Source: Octopus bimaculoides (Eukaryota). Taken from it: a stretch of 64,000 nt of DNA. The DNA is taken from positions 128,650,906 through 128,714,905 of the forward strand of contig NC_068982.1 in the NCBI RefSeq assembly GCF_001194135.2, written 5' to 3'. Shown one piece after another: positions 40,701 to 54,400 of the stretch. The position numbers were made by a program, and so were the translations under genes. How positions within the stretch are numbered: the stretch's first letter is position 1; each line of letters opens with the position of its first letter. The notes under the pieces are model-generated. The model saw only the letters and a program-made list of their open reading frames with translations. It was not told the DNA's origin and made no database searches.

Positions 40701-43700
40701 TTTGGGATGTTTCCATTCCAGTGCAACAAAGTCTCTGCCAATTTTACTTGTATGCAAATCAGTGGGTTTGCCAGGAGGTGCTGAGAAGGAAAAAGAAATT
40801 GTATGTGAATACTAATCTTAAAATTTAAACAAAAGGATCTGATATTTAGAAATATTTGGAAAATCAATAACAATTGTTTCTAATATAGGCATGACACTAG
40901 AAATTAGGACAAACAACTTAGTTTTAGTCACTTAAATTATACCCTAATACTAACTGGTATTTTATTTTATTGACATCTCAACCAGGATGAAAGGTAAAGT
41001 TAACCTTGATATGATTTTAATTCAGAATGTTAAGACCAATAACAAAATACCACATGGAATTTTGTCTGATGCTCTAACAAATCTGTTAGCTATCATCATC
41101 ATCATCATCATCATTATTATTACTATTATTGAGTGAGAGAGCAGCACATGCCATCAAAGTGACACTGGGGTACAAATGAAGCCCAGCATACCCAACATGA
41201 TTACCCATCTGATAAGGGTACACCAAGCACCTGCATCACAACCATATGTTTGCAACATGGTGATCTTATCAAGATATTCAGTGCATGACCTTGCAGGTGG
41301 GGCCCAGTTATAAATTTTTCAGATTGAGTAGCCCATCTCACTCAAAAGATCCCTGAATAAGGTTTGTTTAAGGATGATTAACAAAACACTCATGTTTTCA
41401 GAGGTGAATTATTCAAACCCCAAAGAATTCCTCTCAACACAGAAGTAGTAGGGGAGCATCATAGCTATGTATTGAGAGGAATTCTTTGAGGTTTGAATAA
41501 TTCACCTCTAGAAACATGGGTGTTTAAACAAATCTTATTCGAGGACCTTTTGAGTGGGATGGGCTACTCATAATAACATTAATAATTGTTTCTAACATAG
41601 ATACAAGGCCACAAATATGGAAGAAGTAAGCAAGTTGCTTATATTAAACCTGTACTCAACTGGCATTTTACCATATCAACCTCTGACAAATGAAATGTTA
41701 AATTGACTTCAGCAGGATTTAAAGGAAAATAGTTCAGAATTATCCAAGATACAAATATTTTTGTTCCAAAATTGCCAACAAACCAACATTCTGGAATCTT
41801 TTAGCCCTCTATGACCTTTATGACCAACAATCAAATTGTCTTAGATCATCCAATTTAATTGTGAGTTCAAAATATTACTTACAGAGTTGAGATAATGAAA
41901 TAATTGATGAACTAGTATATTAATTCTTCATAGTATTCAAGGTAGAAATTTAAAATAAATAATTTTTTATGCCAATACTGATTTCTTATTGCTATATATA
42001 TATATAGNNNNNNNNNNNNNNNNNNNNNNNNNNNNNNNNNNNNNNNNNNNNNNNNNNNNNNNNNNATATATATTATTTTCCTGTACCTAAAATTTGCAAC
42101 TATGATTTATTATATTACTTACATATTAAAAACGAAATTAACCCTTTAGCATTCAGATTTATTTGTCAAAAGTATTTCTTATTTATTCACATTGTTTTGA
42201 ATCAATCACACATTATCTTGTAGCTTCAAGATTTCAAAGGTGCATTTATGTTCTTTTAGAATAATATTATAGAGTAGGTGTGACAGGTTGAATCTGGTCA
42301 GTTTTAACATAAAACAAGAAGAATATTTGGGCTAGATATGGCTGGATTAAATACTAAAGGGTTAAAGTAAAAATTTCTTACTTATTTCTCTTGTTGGTGT
42401 GGTTGATTCAGTTGTCTCCAGTGGAGGACTTTCACCTTCCTCATTAACTGCAATCACACGGAAGTAGTATTCGGTTCCTTCCACTAAGCCCATAATTCTT
42501 GCAATTGTTATATTAGGAGGAACTTCTTCAGCTTTCAGCCAAGATAACCGTGAGGCTGATTTTACTTCAATTATATATTTGGTGATAGGGGTACCTCCAT
42601 CACTTTCAGGAGCTTTCCATTCAAGGTCAACATAGTCATAAGAGACTTTGATAACATCAAGTGGTCCCTTTGGACGAGATGGTACACCTGCAGAATATAT
42701 GGAATGTATTTTTTTAACTGAAAAATTTGTAAAAACAATCTTTTTCATAATATATTCTTCTCAAATGAAACATTTACATCATGAGATTCTAAAAGCAAAT
42801 AATTGAAATTTAAAGAATCTGTTTTGCCAGTGGCTACTTTATCTTTCATTTTCTTTTTTCTGGTAACTTATTTAATCAAAATAAGAAAGATGAAAAAAAT
42901 AGCAGATAATATTGGTCTATGAAAAATTTATTAGAGGTTGAAAGTTGTGTTGTTGGCACTCCGTCGCTTACAACGTTGAGGGTTCCAGTTGATCCTATCA
43001 ACGGAACAGCCTGCTCATAAAATTAACGTGCAAGTGGCTGAGCACTCTACAGACACGTGTACTCTTAATGTAGTTCTCGGGGATATTCAGCGTGACACAG
43101 TGTGACAAAGCTGACCCTTTGAATTACAGGCACAACAGAAACAGGAAGTAAGAGTGAGAGAAAGTTGTGGTGAAAGAGTACAGCAGGGTTCGCCACCATC
43201 CCCTGCCGGAGCCTCATGGAGCATTAAGTGTTTTCGCTCAATAAACACTCACAACGCCAGGATTGGGAATTGAAACCGCAATCCTATGACCGCGAGTTCG
43301 CTGCCCTAACCACTGGGCCATTGCGCCTCCACAGAGGTTGAAAGTAAGCTGTCAATAAAATATTTTTAAGTTAATCTATATCTGGAATCACCTATGAACT
43401 TATAAGAAAGAAAATATGACAAAATAAAACATATCTGCTTTGTTAAATAGAAGTATAGAAAGTAGAAAAAAATTACCATATGGGCTCTTTGCTAAGGTTG
43501 TTCCCTCTGAAATTAGAGGCTCACTGTAACCAACTTTATTGAAGGCACTGACTTGGAATTCATATTCAGTACCTTGTCTCAAGTTATCAACAACAGCACT
43601 AGTTACAGTTGCAGGAACCTGTTCTACTTTACTCCAATACTGTCTGTTAGCTTCTCGTTTTTCCAAGAAGTAACCAGTTAAAGGAGATCCACCATCATCT

Positions 43701-46700
43701 TCTGGAGATTTCCATGTGACTCTCATAGAAGTTTTCTGAACATCAGAAACTTTAATTGGACCTCGTGGTCTTGTTGGTTTATCTGAAAATAGAATAGTAA
43801 TGATAGCAATAATAATAATAATAATAATAATGGTTTCAAATTTTGCCTCAAGAGCAGCCATTTTAGGAGAGGGGATGAGTCAATTACATCGGCCCCAGTA
43901 TTCAACTGATACTTATTTTATTGACCCTGAAAGGATGAATTTGAACTCAGATCGGAGCGACAGGCGAAATACCACTAAGCATTTCATGTAGCATGCTAAT
44001 GATTCTGCCAGCATGCCACCTTAGTAGTAGTAGTAATACTACTACTAATAATAATAATAATTCTATCTTCAAAGGTCTGAAAGACCCACCTCTTAAGCAG
44101 TATTATATTTGATCGGGGTTTGGAAAGTCTTAGTTAAACACCAGCACTAGAGATACTCTTATAAATGTGTGTGTGCATGTGTGGGGAGGTGTCTGTGTGT
44201 GTGTATAGATACAAGTGAGAGAATTGAAAAAGTGTGGACTTTGTATATATGTTTTTTAACATCTTTAAAATATAAATATTTAATAAAAATTATATCTGAC
44301 TTCTTACCAAGTGGTTTCATTGGGCATACAGCATGATCTGCATGGCAAAGTTTACTAAGACCAGCTTTGTTTTCAGCGCATATGGAGAAGTAATAAGTAA
44401 TTGTTTGTCTGAGACCTTTAATTTCACAAGACAGCTCATGACCTGAAATTGTTTTTAATTTCTGAGGTTCATCATCTTCAGATTCTCGTTTCAATATATG
44501 ATAGTTTGTAATCTTGGCACCACCATTTTCCAGAGGGGGTTTCCATTCTAACAGAGTAAAGTCAGCTCCCACTTTTGTTGATCGGAAATATATTGGTGGA
44601 CTTGGGGGATCTGAAAGATAGATTTAAAATGTATAAATATATATATATATATTATTAATTTTTACATTGCCTAATAACATGATGCCTAAATACAAACAAC
44701 ACACACACACATTTATATAGATGCATAGACATATATGTACATATATACATATATATACATGCATATACATACACACACACACACTATATATATATATACA
44801 TACACTAGTAAAAAAAAGTGAAAAGCAAAGGAAATTTACAATTTTGTTGAGATGATAACAGTATCTTTTCCAGTCCCATTAAATTCTTAGATATCTAGAA
44901 AGGACATCATTTAATGTCTGTTGTCCATGATGGCATGGGTTGGATGGTGTGGCCAGATCTGACAAGCTGGGGACTGCACCAGACTCCAGCCTGTTTTAGC
45001 ATTATTTCTACAGCTAGATACCTTTCCTAATGACAACCACCTTATAGAGTGTGCTGGGTGCTTTTATGTGACACTGCAAATGGTGCTTTTAAGTGGTGTC
45101 ACATAGGGGCTTTTGTGTGACATATATCTTTTAAAAAAAAGAGAAATTATTTGAAGATTAACTTACTTATTTTCTTGACTGGTTTTGTAACCTCAACAGT
45201 TTCCAAGTATGGACTTTGACCTTCAGCGTTAACTGCAGCAACTCGGAAATCAAATTCTGTTTCTTCAATGAGGTTTTGCACAGTGAACTTTGTAACATCT
45301 GCTCCAACTGTAGCAACATTAGTCCAGAAGTTCCTTGATGCCATTTTATATTCCAAAATGTAATTTGTTATTGGGGACCCACCATCATTTTCAGGTTTCT
45401 TCCAGCTAAGATCCGCAGAACAATTGGTTACATTATCAACATTCAATGGACCTACAGGACGTGATGGAGGATCTGTAAAAGAGAAATAATATCATGTTAT
45501 TGAAAATAAAATACTTAAAAATAAAGAGAGGGATATATTTGTATTCTCTGGCTAGATGAAGTGAAATGAAACATGCAAAAGATAATAGCTGCAAAGTTAA
45601 AGAGTCTGTTTCATAACCCAGTGGCTTCAGGTTCAATCCTACTGTGTATGTACACTCCACCATGACTTCAAATTAACCAATGCCTTGTGAGTAGAATTTG
45701 GTAGAGAGAAACTATGCAGAAGTCCATCATATTATATACATGTTTCTGTGAGTATATATTTCGCAAATGTATATTGCCAAAAGATATAATAAGGAAGTAA
45801 ACCAATAGCTAGGGATTTCAAAATAAAGATACCCTGTGTGGTATTTGTTTAACCCAACACAGACAGTCCCTTGTTGCTTTCACTCTCATAGATGAAATGA
45901 ACTAACTATCAGCTAATTAGAAATCTGTTACCAATGATATCGTAGTTCACCAAATCCAATATAAAATAAATAAATGAAATAATGTAGGATTACCTAGACT
46001 ACAAGTAAGGAGTTTTCAGAAGCAGGTAGCAAATCAAACTACTGATAACTAATATTTGATACACTCTGCCATATCCTAAACATTTACTTCAACTCTAACT
46101 TCTGCCCACCATGATTAACATGTATTGCTTTTCAATTTTTCCTATATTGATCATACTTCTATTCACAGTGCACATTGACTTAAATCTATACTCCCTTGAA
46201 TTTCCATAGTAATGGTATAGCCCCTGCTAATTCTCCAATAGACTGTGGAGATTTCACAGGGTAATTCTAAATACTAATAGCTACAAGTAATTAAAATGAG
46301 GACAATAATCTAGTGGAGTTTTAGAACCGAGAATTACCTACACTTGTAAGTAACTCTTTAGGTTAGTGAAGTCCTCTTATATTGGTTTCAAATTTTGGTA
46401 CAAGGCCACTAATTTCATGGACAGGAGCAAGTTGATTACATTAAAGTTCTTTTATATATTAGAAATATAAAGATTAAAAGTTTCTGATTAAAAAAAAATA
46501 TGTATAATATATAAAGATTTTACTCTAAACATAGACAGCTTTTAAAACGTCAGTGGTGAAGATAAACAGCAAAAATAACTAATGCTGGCATACATCATTT
46601 CCACTAATATTTAACATATTTCTGTTATATTACTTACCAAATGGACTTCTAGCAAGTGTTGCTTCCTTTGATTCCAATGGTTCACTTTCCCCAACTTGAT

Positions 46701-48389
46701 TCACTGCAATGACTCGGAAATGGTATGAAGTTTTCTCTTGGAGATTCTTTACAATGCATGTTGTAACATCACCACTGACTCTTTCTCCCTTTGACCAGAA
46801 GCGAGCAGATTCATGACGTTTTTCTATGATGTAGCTAGTAATAGGAGCACCTCCATCATCAGTTGGTGCTTTCCATTTAATGCCAATAGAATTACGTTTT
46901 ACATCAGTCACTGTCAAAGGACCAATTGGTTTGGCTGGAACCACTGTATATGATAAAAAAGGTAACATATTAAAAAGATTTTAACAGAAAATTATTTCAG
47001 TTTACTTTTTTAGCATTGATAGTAAAGAAAAGGAGAAAATACTTTGTCAACATAATATATATAATTTAAAGACTTGTGAACTTTTATATTATTTTAAAAA
47101 CATATGTTCACACACACACACACCCTCACGAACAATACACATAAGAATATCATCCTCATCAATTTAGCATTGTTTTCCATGTTGGTATAGATGGTATGGT
47201 ATGACAAAATCCAAGAAGTTGAGGACCATATATACACAAATAAATGTATACACAAATAAATGTATATTCACAAATAAATGTATAAAATTCAATTATATAC
47301 TATATAGTAGAAACTAGAATACTTACGTAATCCTCGCTTGGTTTTGACTGGTTTTGTCATTTCACAAAATTCACCTTTACCAAGACTATTTTCAGCACAG
47401 ACAGCAAAGTAATAATCCATGTCCTCTTCAAGACGAACAGCTCGGCAATATGTATCATAAGCAGAAACTTTAGCAAGTTTTTGCCAGTCTCCAGGCTTAA
47501 ATGCAGATATTTGCAAATGATAGTTAATTATTGCAGAACCGCCATCAGATTTAGGTGCATCCCATTCCATTTCAACAAAATCTTCACCGACTCTGCTGGC
47601 TCTCAGATCTACTGGAACTCCAGGCAAAGCTGAAGAAGATAAACACAAACAGATATCAATTTTGAACTTGATAACCAAATAAATGAACGTTTTAAACAAC
47701 TAAATTTTATAAACTATGAGTAACAAAAACAAAAGATAAATTATGAAAATGCATTTTACCTAATGTTCTCATTGGTTTAACAATTTCTGTTGAAACTAAG
47801 GGCCGGCTTGGTCCTTCATCATTGACAGCAATAACACGGAAGAAATATTCATTACCCTCCAACAGGTTTGGAACAGTGTATTTTGTAGATTTTGCATCAA
47901 CCATTCCAGCTTTGGACCATGTCGATCTTGTACTAGTCCTGTACTCAATGACATAACCAGTAAGTGGAGTACCACCATCTTTTTCTGGAGATTCCCATTC
48001 CAAGTCAGCAGAATCTATGGTAACATTGCTTACTTTCAGTGGGCCAACAGGAGCAGATGGAACATCTACATTAAATATAAAATTGTATAAATCAATAAGA
48101 GATGTTTACATTAAAAGCAGAATTGGCACATGTGTGAAAAAGTTTGAGATGAATGAAATCCTGTCAATGAAGAATTTATTGTAGAACAAAATATTTTAAT
48201 ATTTTATACCTTTTATCATTTTATAATTCCATCTCAAAATAAGACAAAAGGGAATGGCATGGCTGTATATTTAAGAAGGTTGCTTCCCAACGATGTGGTC
48301 TTGGGTTCAGCTTTGCTGTATGACACCTTGGGCAAGTGTCATTTACAATAGCACCAGGTTGACTAGAGTCTTGTGCGTGGATATGGTAA

Positions 48390-48451
<62 letters not shown>

Positions 48452-51400
48452 CACCCCACCCCTTGACAATCAACATTGGTTTATGTCCCTGTAACTTAGT
48501 GGTTTGTCAAAAGAGAGTGTTAGAATAAATATCAGACTTAAAACTAGGGTTGATTTATTTGGCTAAAACCCTTCATGGTGGTGCCCCAGCATGGCCACGA
48601 TCCAATGACTAAAACAAATAAAAGATAAAGGATAATGGAAATATATGTGTGTTTTAAATGGTTGTCCTGACTCTTCTCTGATGCAGTTGTTTCAGTATCA
48701 CAACAGGATCTCAAATGAAATCACTTGCCAAACAACTATAACTCTGAAATACTGTGCCAATTTTTTCTCATTAATTGTACTACTATTGGACTGGTAATCA
48801 TACTAACTGCATGTGTGTGTGTGTGCAGCTTTTCAGAATGGATCATGCTTTACCAATTTAAACATGTCATTTGATAATAAAATAAATTAATTTTCTATGG
48901 ATAAAGTATTATATTATATATTTTAGATTGCAGAGATTAAAAAGGAAAGGATAAAATATAATATAAAAGAATAAATTTCAAAATATTTACCGAATGGACT
49001 TCTTGCCAAAGTTACTCCATCACTCTCCAAGTAAGGGCCATGTCCAATGACATTTAGAGCTGTTACTCGGAACAAGTACTCGTGTTTTTCATAGAGATTT
49101 TCACAGCACATTTCCAGTGTGTGAGCATCAACTTTATCAATCCTTGTCCATAGCAATGCACGTGGTACTTTTCTTTCTACAATGTAGTCAGTAACTGGAG
49201 ATCCACCATCATCTTGAGGAGGTTTCCATTGGATACTAATGGCAGTGCGCTGCACTTTCGTAATTTCCAGAGGTCCAGCAGGTGCTGAGGGAAAAGCTAA
49301 AATATTGGAAAATGACAATATTAAAAAGTATTCCACTGAATACTGCTTCTATAAATGAATATGTCTTACACATATGCACACGCATGTATGTTTCCAAATT
49401 ATTATCAAAAACCTTAATAATTCCAAGATCAATCTTTTTCAAGCTATAGGATCTAATATGGTGTGTCTATATGTTATGTGTAATATGATGATATAATTAT
49501 CAACATATCTCTTTGTAAAGGCATATTTAACATTGATACATATTAATATGTTTAAAATGTATTTAGGCTTGCTATGAACTAATAATATTGAGATAACTGT
49601 GCACATATTTTAACAAGTTGCTTTGAAACTTGTAGCAATGTTCTTATTTTACCAAGCATTTTTGGTTATTGCTGTACAAGTAATCTTTATATATACTTTA
49701 AGAATGAGAAATGCTTAACGACAAAGTTGTGTGGTGATCCATAATGGAAACAAGTCCAAAACATGGAACTAAATTTCCATCCCTTAGCTTAGCAAAATAT
49801 TTTTGCTATTATAAGATCAAGACTATTTGTTTGCAACATGATTAAATAGATATAAGATTATATACCGTTATAATCTTTTAGTGCATTAATCAAATCTTTA
49901 TAGATGAAGCTATTTTCAATATTTACATTTATACTGTGTTTCAATCTAGTTGATTTCTGATTATCATTATTAGGTCCTACATCAGTAGGAAAATTAGTCA
50001 GAATATTAGGATCTTTAGTATTGAAATAAAAGTTTCTAGTTCAGATCCACCCTGGTACGATATGCTGAACACAGAATAAGATAATGATGGCCAATGATCA
50101 AATTGAATTTTAAAAAAACTTCACCTTTAAAAATGTGGTTAACAGTTTGGAAAATTATAATCGTCTTAATAAGACATTTTAGTCATTTATACCTTTGATA
50201 CTAAAATGATTTATAAACATAAAATTGCTTCTATATACAGGAACATATTCTAATCAAAAGATATTTTTTATACATGAATAGATATTTATGAAATATCAAT
50301 AAAAATAAATTTAGCTTACTTGGCTCCTTTTTGGGAATAACAGGTCCAGGCATTTCTGCCAGTTTACCACTGCCCTTCTTATTTTCAGCACATACAGCAA
50401 AGTAATATTCTTGGCCTTCTTCCAGATCTGTCACCTTACAATTTCTTTCATTTCCATCAACAGTCATGAGTTTTCCCCAATCAGATTTCTTATCTTTCTT
50501 CATTTTGATGGAATACTTGAGGATTTTAGAGCCACCATCATCATGTGGTGTTCTCCATTCTAAGGTAACATGTGATTTTCCTAATTTACTATATTTAAAG
50601 TCATAAGGCACACCAGGCACATCTGAAATAAACAGAAGGCAAATCAAAATCCAAGCTAAATACAGATTTTTAAAAATATTATGCTAAATTATGAGATAAA
50701 CTATTTGTAAAGACATACAAAAAACATAAAATATAATTAAAATTAATTTTTTTTACATTCAGTGGTAAACAATAAGATATGTATTGACTAATTAATAACA
50801 AAATTACTTCAGAAGAAACAGTATGACTTACTTATGTCTCTGGTTGGTGTTGCAGACTCTGTTGTCTCCAAAGGTTGACTTTCTCCCTCTTCATTAACGG
50901 CAATCACACGGAAGTAATATTCAGTTCCCTCGACTAAACCTGTAACTCTGGCAACAGTACATTTGGGATCAACTTCTTCTGCTTTGAGCCAAGACACACG
51001 TGCAGCAGATCTTACTTCAACAATATATTTAGTGAGAGGAGTGCCTCCATCACTGTCAGGAGCTTTCCATTCAAGATCAACATAGTCATAAGAGACTTTG
51101 GTAATATCGAGTGGCCCTTTAGGACGAGATGGTACACCTAGAGAACACAAAGAAACAATAAAATGTACCACTGCATTCATTTATTGCAAACGTATAAACA
51201 TAAAACTGTTGCTTTCCTAGAATTTCAAATACAAAACAAGTTCAAATAAGGAAGATAAAATATTTAACTTCTTCTCACAAACAAGTGAAATTTATTAAGC
51301 AAGCTTATAAACATTACAAGGTAATCACAAAAACTTTTATGAAGAAAAACGTTACATAATTAGTAACTAAATACTACATCAAAAAATTTTTAAGATAATG

Positions 51401-54400
51401 ATTGTATCAGACAATTCAAATTTATAACTTACTGAATGAGCTCTTTGCCATTGTTGAAGCATCGGTCTCTAATGGATCGCTAAGACCAATTTTATTGATT
51501 GCAGTAACTCTGAAGTCATATTCACAGTTCTGTCTCAGATCTTCAACACGGTAGTTGGTCACTGAGGGTGCTACCTTAGCCACATTGTTCCAGTATTGTC
51601 TATTAGCCTCTTTCTTTTCAATAATGTAACCAGTGAGAGGACTACCTCCATCATCTTCTGGAGCTTTCCAGGAAATGGAAATAGATGTTTTCTCAATATC
51701 ATAGGTTTTCAGAGGACCAATTGGTTTCGATGGTTTTTCTAAAAATACAAAACAGTACACAATGATAGAATAATGTCTCTCAAGTTTTACTCACATCAAA
51801 TACCAAGAAAGTTTAAGATCTATAAACAAAAATTACATAGAGATATAAAATATCTTACCAAGNNNNNNNNNNNNNNNNNNNNNNNNNNNNNNNNNNNNNN
51901 NNNNNNNNNNNNNNNNNNNNNNNNNNNNNNNNNNNNNNNNNNNNNNNNNNNNACAAAATTCTCTGATAATCTTTAATATCCTACTGAATGAAACATAAAT
52001 ACAAAGATTCTGAAAATCTGAACACAAAATTCTAATGAGAAATAGATTATTACTCACCAATCTTCCTCACTGGTTTTGTGACATCAGTAGATTCAAGTGG
52101 TTTACTTTGTCCTTCAGCGTTAACAGCAAAGACACGGAAATGGTAACTTGTGTCTTCTGTAAGATTTGGTACTGTAAATGTGGTAGTTTTCTCATTAACA
52201 GTGCCTGCTTTAGTCCAGAAGGTTCTGGAATCTACTCTGTGTTCAATAATGTATCCAGTTATTGGTGTACCACCATCATTGGCAGATGGTTTCCAGCTCA
52301 AGTCAGCAGAATTATTGGTGACATTTGTGATCTCCAATGGACCAACTGGTGCAGATGGCACATCTGATAATTAATTAAAAATCATTGATGAATGTATTAA
52401 TTCATTATTAAATCTTTCAAGCTATTATGGTTGTTAGATTCTTTGATACATTTCATGCAGCTTCTTAAAATACTTAAGCTAAATGGCCATAGATATTGCA
52501 CTTGTACATCCAATTTTTATTTCTTTGTTTATTTTATTTTAGCACTTATTGTACATACATTTTTGTCACACGTAAGTCGTACATAGATTTGCTTATAAAG
52601 ATTAAGATACTCCCTTGTGAAATAAACAAGAGTATATTGATATATTTATTGAAGTCCTTTCTCTTTTTGTCTGATGTGGAATGGGAAGATTTTATGACAG
52701 AATTACAGAATCCTGAAATAATCACAGTACAAAAAGTATTCTAGAAACTAGGTGCTTTATGAAATTTCTTATTTTTATGCTGCTATATCTATAGTTTATG
52801 TTGAAAGCTTGAAAATTAATTGACCCAAGTATAAATTGAATTAGAATGTGGAAACACAAAACTGAATAGAATATTTCAAGGCATTTTGTTCAACTATCAA
52901 CTGACTCTACCTTTCACCACCCTCTGTAACGTGAATAATAATGATTGCTAACCTTTTTGAGAGTGTTACAGTCAAGTAAATTAATATTAATATTTTGCTA
53001 GTACTCACTCCATTAATCCCAATTGGACTAAATAATAATGACTAATAAATACAATTTGTAAAATTAACAAAGTAAAGGATCTTAGTTTGCACATTTTATG
53101 TTGCCATTTTTTATATGGTATTTAAATTGTCTTAGTTACCATTAAAAGGAAATTTTCAATGATACATTCACTTTGAAATAACTGAACTTACCAAATGGAC
53201 TTCTGGCCATTGTTGCTTCTTTTGTTTCTAAAGGTTCACTCTCTCCAATTTTGTTTTCAGCAATCACTCTAAAGTGATACATGGTTCTTTCTTGGAGATC
53301 CCTAACACAACACTCTGTGGTGTCAGCACGGACTTTAGTAACCTTTGACCAGAATCGAGCAGACTCGTGGCGTTTTTCTATGATGTATCCAGTAATTGGA
53401 GAACCGCCATCATCAGATGGTGCTTTCCATTTGATGCTGATAGCAGTACGCTGGACATCGGTAACAGTAAGAGGACCAATTGGTTTGGATGGAACCACTG
53501 AAAATATGATTTATATTTTATATAAGATTAAATAGGAAATAATTTAGCAATGAATCAATCTAAGAAAGTAAAAGCATAATTATTTTTCCATAATTCTAGA
53601 ATATCTATTTAATATATGCAGTTGTAAAATTCTTTTAAGTAGGACAATTATACTTCCACTTTCATTGAAGGTTATATGTTAGAGATACATTTTATCATTT
53701 CACAATAAACAAAATTAAAGTTTTCATTTGTTTCATGATATCTAAAACAAATGAAAGTTTGCAACATATTGGCTTGAGTTTTAAGGTAATGATCATTAAG
53801 CTTTTGGTTCTCAGAAAGGGAACATTGTGTTTCTGAGCAAGACACTTCATTTCATGCTATTTTATTTCACTCAACTGAAAATGAATACCAATAACATTTC
53901 AGGGTGTTTAATGTGTGACAGACAATCAGCTAGGTGACCTGAAGGGAAGGACTGAATATGCAGCTGGAGCATTCTGAACCTTCCCTGAGAAAATGTCTAT
54001 CAGTGAAACAGCCTCCACACAGCAACTACTGCCCTATCAACAATGATGAAATGCTTTTGCAGGCCTATGTAATATACCACACAGCATATAATAAAAGTGG
54101 TAGATTTTACATTCTGCACCTTTGTGCTAAAGAATAGATTCATATGAATGCTATCTCTGTTACAAAACACCTGGAAAGATGTTGCAAGTAAAACATTGCA
54201 ATCACCATCAAATCCACAGATCAGCATATTAGAAATCTGAGAAATAAAGAGGTCATTCATATTGAAAAGCTGAATACCACCATCAACAACAGACAAGAAT
54301 TGCATGATACTAATTGACAGATCTAACATTACAAATCTGCACATAACATAATACAACTGCTTTTGCTCTCTACATGTGTAGGCTGATCAGAGCCAAGCTC

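Noticed and set aside
11666-42065. Small N-gaps (11666-11675, 27986-27995, 42008-42065) hiding FN3 exons
   Set aside because: They sit in (TA)n runs and the super-repeat order is continuous across them.
54000-54356. 118-aa minus-strand ORF as an extra exon
   Set aside because: No FN3 or Ig motif and it would break the 9-mer register. The opposite strand looks more like a retroelement relic.
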